Notes under the pieces: model-generated
The model's input: only the letters and a program-made list of their open reading frames with translations
What the model was told of the DNA's origin: nothing
Database searches by the model: none
Shown: piece after piece, positions 9,206-17,936 of the stretch
Numbering within the stretch: the stretch's first letter is position 1
Layout of the letters: the number at the start of each line of letters is the position of its first letter
Program-made: the position numbers and the translations under genes
Source of the DNA: Candidatus Nanohaloarchaea archaeon
GTDB taxonomy: Archaea; EX4484-52; DAOVKX01
Length of the DNA: 41,121 bases
Assembly: GCA_030631505.1 (NCBI GenBank)
Contig: DAOVKX010000001.1
Location: forward strand, 1-41,121
Reading direction: 5' to 3'

Positions 9206-9477
9206 TAAAAACACCCCACAATATCTGTTTTTGAAATCGGAGATTGTACTCTCATCATTTAAATTCACCTCATAATGTTTTGAATTTGAAACAGGAGTTG
9301 TTATAACACCTCACTGTCTCTATTTTTAAAGTCAGGGCTATTACCCTTCCATATTTTTATTAAACTTTCACAAACTAGAGAAGTAGATAACTAAACGCTA
9401 CGGTAACTAACACTTAATACAAACTTGCTTAAAGCAAAATCCGTATTACATTGTGTTGGGTAAATATCAAGTGAATA

Positions 9478-9756
9478 TCAACGTTTGATTTTATCTAGTA
9501 TTTCCAATACTTCTCCTTTATTTGTGCATTCGATTTTTAGTGTTTTATTTTTTGATTTGCAACCTGCCACTAAACACACAGGTTTTTTAAACAACTTCGT
9601 AAATTGTTTTACGAGCTCTTCGTTTGCCTTTCCTTTAATGGGTTTTTCTTTAAGAAAAACCAGCAATTTGTTATTTTTTATGTTTATTCTGAATTCTGAT
9701 CTGTTTGTTCCAACAGTAACAGTTATATAAACTGTATTTTTGGTTTCTTTAAGCAT
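9478..9756 (-). CDS. DUF167 (YggU/UPF0235) family protein
   Basis: ~92 aa with KPIKGKANEELVKQFTKLF ... LVAGCKSKNKTLKI, matching the conserved GKAN ... G-x-x-S-x-x-K pattern of DUF167. Confidence 0.7.
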   Translation of the reverse strand: MLKETKNTVYITVTVGTNRSEFRINIKNNKLLVFLKEKPIKGKANEELVKQFTKLFKKPVCLVAGCKSKNKTLKIECTNKGEVLEILDKIKR

Positions 9757-10006
9757 AACAAATATAGCCCATCAGTAACACAAAATATCATCATAATCAA
9801 TTTTGCTGACGGTGACGGGCTTTAATGATTATTTACTCGTTAACTTCTTAAATCTTTCGTTTGGCATGATTTTGTTAAACACCCTCTTTTTCATATAAAT
9901 TTTACAGATTTAGAAGCAAATCATTAAACAAAATAGTGTCTGGTGAAAACGCAACAGGTTTAATCCTGATGAAACGCTGTTTTAAAGATTTTCGACATGG
10001 AATTTG

Positions 10007-10225
10007 TTACTCAACCACTATCGGGCGCTTCAGTGAAATATCCAGGCCCATTAACGTTTTATAGACCGCAGAACCTAATAAAGTGCCAATTTTGTCTCTA
10101 GAACGTCCAGTTGATTTTGCTATTTCCTGAAGTTTTTCTTGTTTCGGATTTTCAAAAAACCCTTTATCCAAAGCACTTTGATAAACAAGTTTTTCTTCTT
10201 CATTTAATTTGTAAACACTACACAT
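10007..10225 (-). CDS. small HTH_10 (Bat-type) DNA-binding protein
   Basis: LNEEEKLVYQSALDKGFFENPKQEKLQEIAKSTGRSRDKIGTLL follows the L-T-x-x-Q ... GYF-x-x-PR ... L-x-E-L-A pattern of HTH_10 domains. Confidence 0.5.
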   Translation of the reverse strand: MCSVYKLNEEEKLVYQSALDKGFFENPKQEKLQEIAKSTGRSRDKIGTLLGSAVYKTLMGLDISLKRPIVVE

Positions 10226-10276
10226 ATGAATAACTCCATAAAAGCGGTATCCTTAAAGTTGTTTAAATCTTGGATA

Positions 10277-10810
10277 CTACCTGCAGTTCACGCAAAGAAG
10301 ATTGCCGTTGATGTCCTGTAAATCTTCTGAGAAATTTCCGCACGACTCACAATTACCCGAATTTGTTCTCTTTTTCTCAAGAAGCGATCCTTTATCCTGT
10401 GTGCCCAGATACTCCATTAGAACAGGGTAAACTGTAGTCATGTCCCTTTCAGTTATCACACCGATTAGACTTCCTGAATCATCCACTACGGGCAGCCGGT
10501 CTATATCATTATCGCTCATTTTGGAGCACGCGTCCGCCAGAGTCTCTCCGCCCTTTATCGTCACCACTTCCTTTGTCATGACCGCCCCGAGTGCTGTTTT
10601 ATTGCTCTTGTTCTCTGCAACCACTTTTCGTAGTATGTCTTCATCGGTTATTATGCCCGCCACTTCAGAAGCTTCCACAACAATAAGCCCACGAATATTA
10701 TGTTGCTTCATCAGCTTTGCTGCATGCTCTACAGTATCAGAACTGGAAACCGCCAGAACATTCTTGCTCATGAGTTCTTCGACTTTTATGTTCATTGACA
10801 TAATATACAT
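10277..10810 (-). CDS. CBS-domain pair protein with C-terminal zinc ribbon
   Basis: Two CBS repeats (VEELMSKNVLAVSS ... HNIRGLIVV and VMTKEVVTIKG ... IDRLPVVD) are followed by CESCGN-x17-CVNC. The start could be any of three Met codons within the first six. Confidence 0.8.
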   Translation of the reverse strand: MYIMSMNIKVEELMSKNVLAVSSSDTVEHAAKLMKQHNIRGLIVVEASEVAGIITDEDILRKVVAENKSNKTALGAVMTKEVVTIKGGETLADACSKMSDNDIDRLPVVDDSGSLIGVITERDMTTVYPVLMEYLGTQDKGSLLEKKRTNSGNCESCGNFSEDLQDINGNLLCVNCR

Positions 10811-10840
10811 TTATACGCAAAATACTAAAAAGGTTACGGT

Positions 10841-11167
10841 ATGGTTTATAAAAAGGGCTACTTGTTTGAACGGGACCTGAGAATGGACCTTGAAAAAAAA
10901 GGATGGCTTGTCATACGCTCAGGCAAAAGCAGAAAGCCGGACCTGATAGCGGGAAAAGGTGGAAAGATAATTATTATCGAATGCAAGGTAACTGAAAAGG
11001 GCGCTGTTTATCTGGACAAAGCAGAAGTTGAGTTTCTGGGAAAAATATCCGCAGCTTTCGGCGCAGATGCTGTTTATGCCATCAAAAGAAACGGCAGCAA
11101 AAAGTGGAACATGGTAGGCCTGGACCAGCTAAGGGAAGCCGGGAAAAGTTATGTTGTTAAGCTGTAG
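10841..11167 (+). CDS. hjc: Holliday junction resolvase Hjc
   Basis: KGYLFERDL ... GWLVIRSGKSRKPDLIAGKGGKIIIIECKV carries the E / D / E-x-K nuclease residues in archaeal Hjc spacing. At 108 aa it is short for the family. Confidence 0.8.
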   Translation: MVYKKGYLFERDLRMDLEKKGWLVIRSGKSRKPDLIAGKGGKIIIIECKVTEKGAVYLDKAEVEFLGKISAAFGADAVYAIKRNGSKKWNMVGLDQLREAGKSYVVKL

Positions 11168-11172
11168 TTGCT

Positions 11173-11421
11173 TCAACGCATCGTTCTATAATTATTACAA
11201 CGCGCTAATCTTAACAGAATTTCTGTTCTTTCTTTGTTGTCAATAGATTTTAACAAATACCCCCTAACCCCAATATTATCAAGATTAGACGAACTTTCAG
11301 TAAAATCAAAAATAACCAAAGGTATTGTCTTTTTGCTCAAAGTTCTCAATTTCGCCTCATTTTTAACTTTGTTAAAAACCGAACTTTTACCTCTGGTTTT
11401 GCGCTTGATTCCTGCGTACAT
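11173..11421 (-). CDS. hypothetical basic protein
   Basis: This is only an 82-codon ORF filling the gap between hjc and the next gene. It has a K/R-rich N-terminus and no recognisable motif. An alternative ORF lies on the other strand (11234-11467). Confidence 0.3.
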   Translation of the reverse strand: MYAGIKRKTRGKSSVFNKVKNEAKLRTLSKKTIPLVIFDFTESSSNLDNIGVRGYLLKSIDNKERTEILLRLARCNNYRTMR

Positions 11422-11485
11422 ACAATCTTTACTTCATAGAAGTCCGGTTAATGGGTGTTGTGTGTAATATTACTCAACAGAAATC

Positions 11486-11695
11486 CTATCTTTCTTTTAG
11501 ATAAAACCAAGAATACATCGCTAATCTTACAATAAAAACAAGCATTAGCCCCATTATAGCAAGTGCAACGATATCCCATTTACTCGTTACATTAAAGTTA
11601 CCAAATGCAGATATAGCCTGCATTGCCGCACTTAATGCAATTGCTACGGTTGCCGTTGCAATGATTTTGTTTGTTTTTTTGTCGTTCATAATCAT
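11486..11695 (-). CDS. hypothetical small two-helix membrane protein
   Basis: A 69-aa ORF with two clear hydrophobic helices (IIATATVAIALSAAMQAISAF and IVALAIMGLMLVFIVRLAMY). No family recognised. Confidence 0.4.
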   Translation of the reverse strand: MIMNDKKTNKIIATATVAIALSAAMQAISAFGNFNVTSKWDIVALAIMGLMLVFIVRLAMYSWFYLKER

Positions 11696-11869
11696 ACCTT
11701 AGTAGTTTTATAATATAAATTTAATGATTTCTGCCTGTATCATACTTTATCTATACTTCACCAAAATTTCATCTTCATAATTCTGTATGTGTTGAGAACT
11801 TCAATACTTCGTCTAATGACGTATAGAAAATCGACAAAAAATATAAAGGTTTGTGTTCATTATGTTTTT

Positions 11870-12598
11870 ATGGTCGCAAATGAAAGGGAGTTGGCAAAGC
11901 AGAATATGGCAAACAAAATTGCCGGGGAAATCGTTCTTGCAGAAAAGCCAGGGGACGCAATAAGGAAATGGAGAAATATTTTCAAGGTTTCCCAGAGAGG
12001 TCTTGCAGAAGTTATGAAGGTCATGCCCTCGGTTATTTCTGACTATGAAGGTGGGCGACGGGCTTCTCCGGGCGTGAAAATGATAAGGAAAATCGTTGTG
12101 GTCCTTATTGCGCTGGATGAAAAAAATGGAGGCCCGATTATAAAAGAATTCACCAATATGTATGAAACAGACCTGTTAAACGATGCCATACTAGACATAA
12201 AGGAATTCCCGCACTCAAGAAAAATAGACGATTTCATAAAAGCAACAAGAGGGAAACTTGTTGTTGGTGAAGAACAGAAAGATAAAACAATATATGGCTA
12301 CACAATCATAGACTCCTTCAAAGCCATAACAGAGCTTTCACCTGTCGAACTGGTCAGGTTATACGGGCTGACAACAGAACGGGCTATGGTTTTCACAAGA
12401 ATACACCACGGCAGATCTCCCCTAATAGCCATAAAAGTCACAAACCTGAAGCCCGGCGTTATAGTGCTACAGGGCCTGAAATCGCCAAAGGAATTCGACA
12501 AACTGGCTCAGAGAATCGCCGAAGTTGAAAAAATACCAGTTGTAATATCAGGTCTGCAAAGTGACGAAGAACTGGTCAAAAACCTGAGAACCCTGTGA
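11870..12598 (+). CDS. XRE-type HTH transcriptional regulator with archaeal C-terminal domain (COG1395-like)
   Basis: GDAIRKWRNIFKVSQRGLAEVMKVMPSVISDYEGGRR is a Cro/C1-type HTH in the arrangement of archaeal COG1395 regulators. The start is uncertain: ATG 11870 or ATG 11906. Confidence 0.6.
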   Translation: MVANERELAKQNMANKIAGEIVLAEKPGDAIRKWRNIFKVSQRGLAEVMKVMPSVISDYEGGRRASPGVKMIRKIVVVLIALDEKNGGPIIKEFTNMYETDLLNDAILDIKEFPHSRKIDDFIKATRGKLVVGEEQKDKTIYGYTIIDSFKAITELSPVELVRLYGLTTERAMVFTRIHHGRSPLIAIKVTNLKPGVIVLQGLKSPKEFDKLAQRIAEVEKIPVVISGLQSDEELVKNLRTL

Positions 12599-12637
12599 GT
12601 TCTAAGTGAAATTCACACCCTCGCCAAAAAATTTAAA

Positions 12638-13375
12638 CTATTCTTTTGCGATTATTCCACCATCAATTAATAAACTTGCTCCAGTCATAAAAGAAGAATC
12701 CTCAGAAGCTAAAAATAAAGCACCTCGTGCCATTTCTTCTGGCTTTCCCAAACGCCCAAGCGGAACAAGCTTCTCTATACGTTTCTTTTCCTCCTTTGTT
12801 ATACCTTTAAGTAACATAGGAGTAGCAGTTGGTCCTGGGCATAAAACATTCACTCGGATGCTGTATTTCATAAGTTCCATGGCTGCGACTTTGGTTAGTT
12901 GTACAACTCCACCCTTCGAGGCAGCATAGGCAGACCATCCAATATCACCCACAAAAGCAAGTTCCGAAGCGGTGTTAAGAATTACACCCCCGCCTTGTTT
13001 TTTCATGAAAGGGACAACATGCTTAATTCCAAAGAAGACACCCCTCAAATTTGTACTTATTATATCATCCCAGTCTTCTGCGTCCATTTTTTCTATTAAA
13101 ATATTTTTCCCGATACCGGCATTGTTCATCAAAATGTCAATATGCCCAAATTGATTAACAGCTTCTTTAATCATACGTTCAATATCTTCCTCTTTTCTCA
13201 CATCTACATGTATAAAGTGGGCATTTTTACCTATGCTCTCCGTAGCTTTTTCGCCTTCTGGAGAGACATCGGCAATTACTACCTTAGCACCCTCTTTAAC
13301 GAATAATTTCGCAGTAGCCCTTCCTATCCCCGACCCAGCACCAGTAATTAGTGCAACTTTATTTTTTAGTTTCAT
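12638..13375 (-). CDS. short-chain dehydrogenase/reductase (FabG/glucose-1-dehydrogenase-like)
   Basis: Classical SDR motifs TGAGSGIG, NNAG and Y-A-A-S-K, plus the C-terminal LASEDSSFMTGASLLIDGG. Confidence 0.9.
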   Translation of the reverse strand: MKLKNKVALITGAGSGIGRATAKLFVKEGAKVVIADVSPEGEKATESIGKNAHFIHVDVRKEEDIERMIKEAVNQFGHIDILMNNAGIGKNILIEKMDAEDWDDIISTNLRGVFFGIKHVVPFMKKQGGGVILNTASELAFVGDIGWSAYAASKGGVVQLTKVAAMELMKYSIRVNVLCPGPTATPMLLKGITKEEKKRIEKLVPLGRLGKPEEMARGALFLASEDSSFMTGASLLIDGGIIAKE

Positions 13376-13444
13376 AGATATTAGTTATTTTAACAAGCTT
13401 AAAATACTTTCTAAAGTCCTAAGATGCTGGCTTGAACTCTCGCT

Positions 13445-13467
13445 AACCCTTCATTTCATTCAGGAAC
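13445..13467 (-). repeat. degenerate ORB-like element
   Basis: The minus strand reads GTTCCTGAATGAAATGAAGGGTT. It shares GTTCC, GAAATGAA and a G-run at the same overall distance as ORB1, but the dyad spacer differs. Confidence 0.45.
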
Positions 13468-13530
13468 ATTGAACTGTAACTCAATTACAATTTTAATCTT
13501 AATGTTGTCCAAAATTCTGAATTTTTAAGA

Positions 13531-13555
13531 CCTCCCCGTTCATTTCCACTGGAAC
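13531..13555 (-). repeat. origin recognition box (ORB1) with G-string
   Basis: The minus strand reads GTTCCAGTGGAAATGAACGGGGAGG. The TCCA-N3-GGAAA dyad plus downstream GGGG matches the ORB architecture I recall from Sulfolobus, Pyrococcus and Aeropyrum origins. Confidence 0.8.
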
Positions 13556-13672
13556 GCAGATTACTTCATTTTTAGTTCTTTTTTTAATCAATTGTAAAAG
13601 CAATACTAAAACCTATTTTAGGTATGCATCGATTGAATTTTGAACACATTCCCTTAACCAACTGCAAGAGTA

Positions 13673-13695
13673 ATATCAGACCTTGTGTCTGATAT
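13673..13695. repeat. perfect 9-bp inverted repeat inside the AT-rich origin tract
   Basis: ATATCAGAC-cttgt-GTCTGATAT, a perfect palindrome with a 5-nt spacer. TTGAAC hexamers also recur in this gap at about 13432, 13469, 13642 and 13703. Confidence 0.6.
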
Positions 13696-13764
13696 ACGTT
13701 GATTGAACTTAGTAAGTTCATATAACACTGTTATAACAACCTTATAATACAAATATATAATATA

Positions 13765-13790
13765 CCTCCATACGAAATCAAGGGGTGTGG
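13765..13790 (+). repeat. origin recognition box (ORB2) with G-string, inverted relative to ORB1
   Basis: The plus strand reads CCTCCATACGAAATCAAGGGGTGTGG, that is CTCCA-N3-GAAA-N4-GGGGT, the same block structure as ORB1 on the opposite strand. Confidence 0.7.
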
Positions 13791-13814
13791 GTTGATTTCC
13801 TTAAAATATTTAAA

Positions 13815-13833
13815 CCTTCATTTCCTATAGAAC
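13815..13833 (-). repeat. mini-ORB (core only, no G-string)
   Basis: The minus strand reads GTTCTATAGGAAATGAAGG. It matches the ORB1 core (GTTCc-N4-GAAATGAA) but is followed by A/T rather than a G-run. It lies 27 bp before the cdc6 start. Confidence 0.55.
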
Positions 13834-13859
13834 ATATAGAATAATATCAACTTTAACAG

Positions 13860-15074
13860 GTGTATATTTTGGCTCAAAAAACACTGACTACTTTGTTTGA
13901 AGAATATCTGACTAAGCAGACTTTATTTTCCAACAAAAAATCACTTACAACCTTTTATACTCCAGAAACAGTGCCGCATAGGGATAACCAGATAAACCAG
14001 CTTGCAAAAATTCTTACCCCCTCTTTAAGAGATGATAAACCTTCTAATATTTTCATTTATGGCTCTACAGGCACAGGTAAAACCTTAGTGGTAAAATATG
14101 TCATGAACGAACTGGTAAAAATGGCAGAGAATCAGGAAGTCAAAATAAAATACCTTTATGTTAACTGCAAGATGAAGCGGGTTGCCGATACAGAATACCG
14201 GCTACTTGCTTACCTTTCCGGTGAGATGGGCAGGCAGGTTCCCCCGACAGGGCTTCCTACAGATCAGGTTTACAGGATATTTTTCGATTCTTTGAGTGAC
14301 TATGATGGCGCAATCATTTTTGTTATTGATGAAATTGATGCATTAGTCAAAAAAGTCGGCGATGACTTTTTGTACAACCTGACAAGAATAGACCCGGAAA
14401 TTAAAGCCAGAGTATCTATAATAGGGATTTCCAATGACCTGTCTTTTACAGATAATCTTGACCAGAGGGTTAAAAGCAGTCTGAGTGAAGAAGAGCTGAT
14501 ATTTCCGCCTTACAACGCCCTCCAGTTGCAGGACATATTGGAAAGCAGGGCAAAATTGGCATTTGGCAATGGGGTTATCTCTGAGGGTGTGATACCTAAA
14601 TGCTCGGCGCTGGCAGCCCAGGAGCACGGGGACGCAAGAAGGGCACTGGATTTGCTAAGGGTTGCAGGAGAGCTTGCAGAGAGAACAGGGAAAGATAAAA
14701 TAACAGAAGAGGACGTTAACCTTGCTGAAAAGAAAATAGATTTGGACCGGGTTCTTGAAACCGTGAAAACACAGCCAAAGCAGTCAAAGACTGTCTTGGC
14801 AGCAATTGTCTCTTTGTCCAATGGGGAAAACGAGCCGGTCGCCACAGGGGACGTCTTTGACAGGTACAGGAGCATCTGCAGTAATATAGGGCTTGCCCCG
14901 CTTACTCAGAGAAGGGTAAGTGATTTGATAGGGGAACTGGAAATGTTCGGCATAATAAACGCAAAAGTTATCAGCAAAGGGCGGGGTGGCAGAACTAGGG
15001 CAATCCAGCTTTCAATCACCAGCAACGTCCTCTCAAAAATAAAGAGATACTTAAAAGACGAGTTTTATCTTTAA
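13860..15074 (+). CDS. cdc6: Orc1/Cdc6 replication initiator
   Basis: TPETVPHRDNQINQLAKIL, Walker A YGSTGTGKT, Walker B IFVIDEIDAL, sensor region ISND, HGDARRALDLLRVAGE and a C-terminal winged helix (RRVSDLIGELEMFGII ... KGRGGRTR). The ORF-track start is GTG 13860, so the exact start is uncertain. Confidence 0.95.
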   Translation: MYILAQKTLTTLFEEYLTKQTLFSNKKSLTTFYTPETVPHRDNQINQLAKILTPSLRDDKPSNIFIYGSTGTGKTLVVKYVMNELVKMAENQEVKIKYLYVNCKMKRVADTEYRLLAYLSGEMGRQVPPTGLPTDQVYRIFFDSLSDYDGAIIFVIDEIDALVKKVGDDFLYNLTRIDPEIKARVSIIGISNDLSFTDNLDQRVKSSLSEEELIFPPYNALQLQDILESRAKLAFGNGVISEGVIPKCSALAAQEHGDARRALDLLRVAGELAERTGKDKITEEDVNLAEKKIDLDRVLETVKTQPKQSKTVLAAIVSLSNGENEPVATGDVFDRYRSICSNIGLAPLTQRRVSDLIGELEMFGIINAKVISKGRGGRTRAIQLSITSNVLSKIKRYLKDEFYL

Positions 15075-15103
15075 GATTTATTTCTTTTCATCAAATAATA
15101 TGT

Positions 15104-16549
15104 ATGTCCAAAGAGTTAATCAGCTTATGTCTGGAAAAAAACATCCTTATTGAGAAGAACGCAATGGCTATCCTTTCAGAGCATAGCGCACAGGCTTCTG
15201 ATTTGCTTTCAAAGATGTCTCTTGAAGGCATAACTGTGTTAACAGAGGAACATCTGAAAAAAGCGCTCTTTGCGCCCGTAGAAATCAGAAAAGGAAAAAA
15301 GCGCTCTGCAAAGGATTTTGATTCGAAAGTGGGGTTCACAAAGGAAATCAGGACAATACCTAAAGAGAAAACAATAGATGACTTCATAAGTTATTATTCT
15401 TACAGGTATGATAAGTTAAAGGAAATGCTTCAGGGCAGGCAGGAGTTAAAACACCTTATTTCTCTGGGGCGATTAAACCAGGGCTCTGCAGAAAGAAACA
15501 TCTCGGTTATTGGCATAATCAAGGAAATAAGAACAACAAAAAACAACAACAAACTGGTGGAACTGGAAGACCCAACAGGAACGCTCAAAGTTCTGATAAA
15601 GGAAGGTAAAGATATAGGGGAGAACCAGCTTCTGACAGACGAGGTGATAGGTGTTTCAGGTTCTGTTTCAAGAGGATTCTTTTTTGCAAATTCAATCACG
15701 TTCCCGGACATACCTTTCCCGGCAAAGATAAACAAAATAAACGACCCTTTAAACGCAGTGTTTATTTCAGATTTGCATTTCGGAAGCAACGAATTTCTCC
15801 CAAAAATATCTGAAAGGTTTTTGAAATGGATAAATAGCGATGAAAAAGAAGCGCTTAGGGTTAAATACCTGTTCATAGCAGGAGATGTTGTTGATGGCGT
15901 GGGCATTTACCCCAGTCAGGAAAAAGACCTCACACTGACAAACATTTATGACCAGTACGCAGCATTTGAGGGTTTTGTGGAAAAAATACCAGAACATATA
16001 GAGATAATGATTTGCCCGGGCAACCATGACGCAGTAAGGCAGGCAGAACCACAGCCGGCATTTACAAAGGAATTGCTGCCGAATATTTATAATTTCAGAA
16101 ATGTCCACCTCGTGACAAACCCGGCGTTTTTAAACGTACACGCTCTGGATTGTTCAGGCATTTCTGTGTTGATGTATCATGGTTACAGTTTCACCCGAAT
16201 CATAGACAGCATACAACCCCTCAGGGAAAAAGGATTAACTCATCCGCAACACGTTATGAAAATGCTTTTAAGAAAGAGACATCTGGCGCCCCTATGCGGC
16301 AGCACAAACATATCACCTGAAGAAAAAGACAACCTCGTGATTGACAAAATCCCTGATATTTTTCATACAGGAGACTTACATTCATTCTGTGTTGACAATT
16401 ACAGGGGAACAACGCTGATTTCTTCAAGCACTTTTCAGGGTCAGACAGAATTTATGGATCGGGTAGGCCACACAGCAATCCCCGGAAAAGTCACAATAGT
16501 GCAGCTTGATACAAGAAATGTCATTGTAAAGGATTTTTTAGCAGTTTAG
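15104..16549 (+). CDS. polB: DNA polymerase II (PolD) small subunit DP1
   Basis: An OB-like middle region is followed by calcineurin-type phosphoesterase motifs (VFISDLHFGS, IAGDVVDG, CPGNHDA, YHGYS, HTGDLH) in DP1 order. Confidence 0.95.
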   Translation: MSKELISLCLEKNILIEKNAMAILSEHSAQASDLLSKMSLEGITVLTEEHLKKALFAPVEIRKGKKRSAKDFDSKVGFTKEIRTIPKEKTIDDFISYYSYRYDKLKEMLQGRQELKHLISLGRLNQGSAERNISVIGIIKEIRTTKNNNKLVELEDPTGTLKVLIKEGKDIGENQLLTDEVIGVSGSVSRGFFFANSITFPDIPFPAKINKINDPLNAVFISDLHFGSNEFLPKISERFLKWINSDEKEALRVKYLFIAGDVVDGVGIYPSQEKDLTLTNIYDQYAAFEGFVEKIPEHIEIMICPGNHDAVRQAEPQPAFTKELLPNIYNFRNVHLVTNPAFLNVHALDCSGISVLMYHGYSFTRIIDSIQPLREKGLTHPQHVMKMLLRKRHLAPLCGSTNISPEEKDNLVIDKIPDIFHTGDLHSFCVDNYRGTTLISSSTFQGQTEFMDRVGHTAIPGKVTIVQLDTRNVIVKDFLAV

Positions 16550-16589
16550 AATAAAATATAAATAAATAGTTTAAAACTAAATTTAAAGT

Positions 16590-16886
16590 ATGGGACTATC
16601 TCAAAAAGATATTGATTTTATAAGAGAGCGTGCCGTTACACCAGTATACGAACCCGCTCAACTAACCAAACGTAAAGAAATTACTTCTATACAAGAAATA
16701 GAAAGGGATATCATTAAAAATAAGAAAAAAGGATTTGACACAATATATGTAGATGAGCCAAACAAAGAAATTAAAAAATTGGCTGAAAAACAAGGAATAA
16801 ACTATATAATATCTCGAACCCTGCCAATTTCGATGACAAAGGAGGACTACTATTGGGAAACGGCGCGAAGAGGTTTAGATGGCTGA
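16590..16886 (+). CDS. hypothetical protein
   Basis: A 98-codon ORF in an AT-rich stretch between the two PolD genes, with charged, protein-like composition. No motif recognised. Confidence 0.4.
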   Translation: MGLSQKDIDFIRERAVTPVYEPAQLTKRKEITSIQEIERDIIKNKKKGFDTIYVDEPNKEIKKLAEKQGINYIISRTLPISMTKEDYYWETARRGLDG

Positions 16887-16931
16887 TCTTAATTATAAAC
16901 ATTTTATCCCTTCTAATAATATAAATAAAAA

Positions 16932-17312
16932 TTAATCAGTTAATGCATACTTTTTGAAGTAAGGCATTTCATTAAGCGCTTTCTTGGCGTTTTTCAACTC
17001 TTTTTCTATCCTATGAAGTTTATTTAATTGTTCTACATATGCTTCAGGATTTTCGGGGATAGTTGCTTCGTGTATATGCCCATAACGCAACAGTTCATGG
17101 ACTAATATACTTTTTGCATCAATTTCTGAAATCTCCCTTTCTTTGGCTTTCGCTATAATCTTTCTTTCGGGCACACAACGTTTTTCGTCTAAGAAAGGTT
17201 CTTTTTTTCGTGAAATGTTGTAATTATCAAGTACTTTTTCCAGTTTCCCCTCTTTCTTTATAATTTCTTCAATAATCCTAATCTTATCTCTATATCCTCC
17301 ATCCATGAACAA
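16932..17312 (-). CDS. hypothetical helical protein (contains HELLRYGHIHE)
   Basis: A 126-codon ORF on the strand opposite its neighbours, K/E-rich and predicted helical. The segment VHELLRYGHIHE contains an R-x4-H spacing (as in HEPN) and clustered His/Glu. No confident family assignment. Confidence 0.45.
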   Translation of the reverse strand: MFMDGGYRDKIRIIEEIIKKEGKLEKVLDNYNISRKKEPFLDEKRCVPERKIIAKAKEREISEIDAKSILVHELLRYGHIHEATIPENPEAYVEQLNKLHRIEKELKNAKKALNEMPYFKKYALTD

Positions 17313-17473
17313 ATATAAATTCTTAATCTTTAAGTTTCTAACGGCAAACGGCAGACTGCATTAAGAGGGCATATAAAGGCCATGTGTCAAGTTATTTATT
17401 GCCCGTTATAATTGGTCCAACCAGACCAATCCTCTACCGACCCGGGCCATTTTATTTATCGAGGTGATGTCAT

Positions 17474-17716
17474 ATGTTCGGAGATGAGTTGTGCCTGATT
17501 AAGCAGAACCTGAGAAAAGCAGGACTGCCGACAAAAGGCGTGTTGATTCAGGCATTCGGGGACAGGAGTATAAAAGACCAGAAACAATGGAAAGAGATAA
17601 AGGAGAAAGCAAGGAAAAGAACAAAAGAACTTGCTGATGCTTTTCCATTCGCCTTTGGAGTTTATCAGCAGGAAAAGTACAGTCGGGATTATATTCAAGG
17701 GTTAGTCGCTCACTAA
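17474..17716 (+). CDS. hypothetical protein
   Basis: An 80-codon ORF with charged composition. An equally long antisense ORF exists (17456-17698), so the strand choice is weak. Confidence 0.3.
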   Translation: MFGDELCLIKQNLRKAGLPTKGVLIQAFGDRSIKDQKQWKEIKEKARKRTKELADAFPFAFGVYQQEKYSRDYIQGLVAH

Positions 17717-17763
17717 CCCTTTGGTTCTTTCTTTAATAGAATATGCTTAGGGCCCATGGAAAC

Positions 17764-17773
17764 TTTAAATTAT
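17764..17773 (+). promoter_or_regulatory. TATA-box-like element (TTTAAATTAT), first of two direct copies
   Basis: TTTAAATTAT occurs at 17764-17773 and again at 17785-17794. The first is centred ~25 nt upstream of the ATG at 17793, the distance expected for an archaeal TATA box driving a leaderless transcript. Confidence 0.35.
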
Positions 17774-17792
17774 TTACTTCATAGTTTAAATT

Positions 17793-17936
17793 ATGGATGA
17801 AGAAATTGCCCAGAGAAAAAGAGAAGTATGTCCAATGTATAGAAAAATCGGCTGTTGTGGAGAAAACCAATCCTCTGGAGCTATTATTGACCTTGAATGC
17901 CCAGACAATAACGCCTGCCCTTATTCTACAAAATAA
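17793..17936 (+). CDS. Cys-rich mini-protein (47 aa) immediately upstream of polC
   Basis: My own translation (below the ORF-track size cutoff): MDEEIAQRKREVCPMYRKIGCCGENQSSGAIIDLECPDNNACPYSTK, ending TAA at 17934-17936. It has five Cys including three C-P pairs, a TATA-like element at the right distance, and stops 40 nt before polC. Confidence 0.35.
   Translation: MDEEIAQRKREVCPMYRKIGCCGENQSSGAIIDLECPDNNACPYSTK

Larger units (their letters stand above)
13445..13833. other. predicted chromosomal replication origin (oriC) upstream of cdc6
   Basis: A 484-bp non-coding gap lies directly upstream of orc1/cdc6. Two full ORB-type elements in inverted orientation (13531-13555 minus, 13765-13790 plus) have their G-strings pointing away from a ~210-bp AT-rich tract. 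Two weaker copies are also present. Gene orientation switches from mostly minus (left) to mostly plus (right) here. Confidence 0.75.

Noticed and set aside
9967-9972. A TGATGA (C-box-like) motif in the 9757-10006 spacer, considered as a C/D-box sRNA.
   Set aside because: There is no CTGA D box at an appropriate distance and no terminal stem. A single hexamer is not evidence.
17411-17430. A perfect 7-bp hairpin (ATTGGTC-caacca-GACCAAT) in the 17313-17473 spacer, considered as a tRNA arm or small RNA.
   Set aside because: There is no T-loop consensus, no acceptor or anticodon arm arrangement on either strand, and no flanking conservation I can assess. I found no tRNA-like cloverleaf in any spacer longer than 100 bp in the window.
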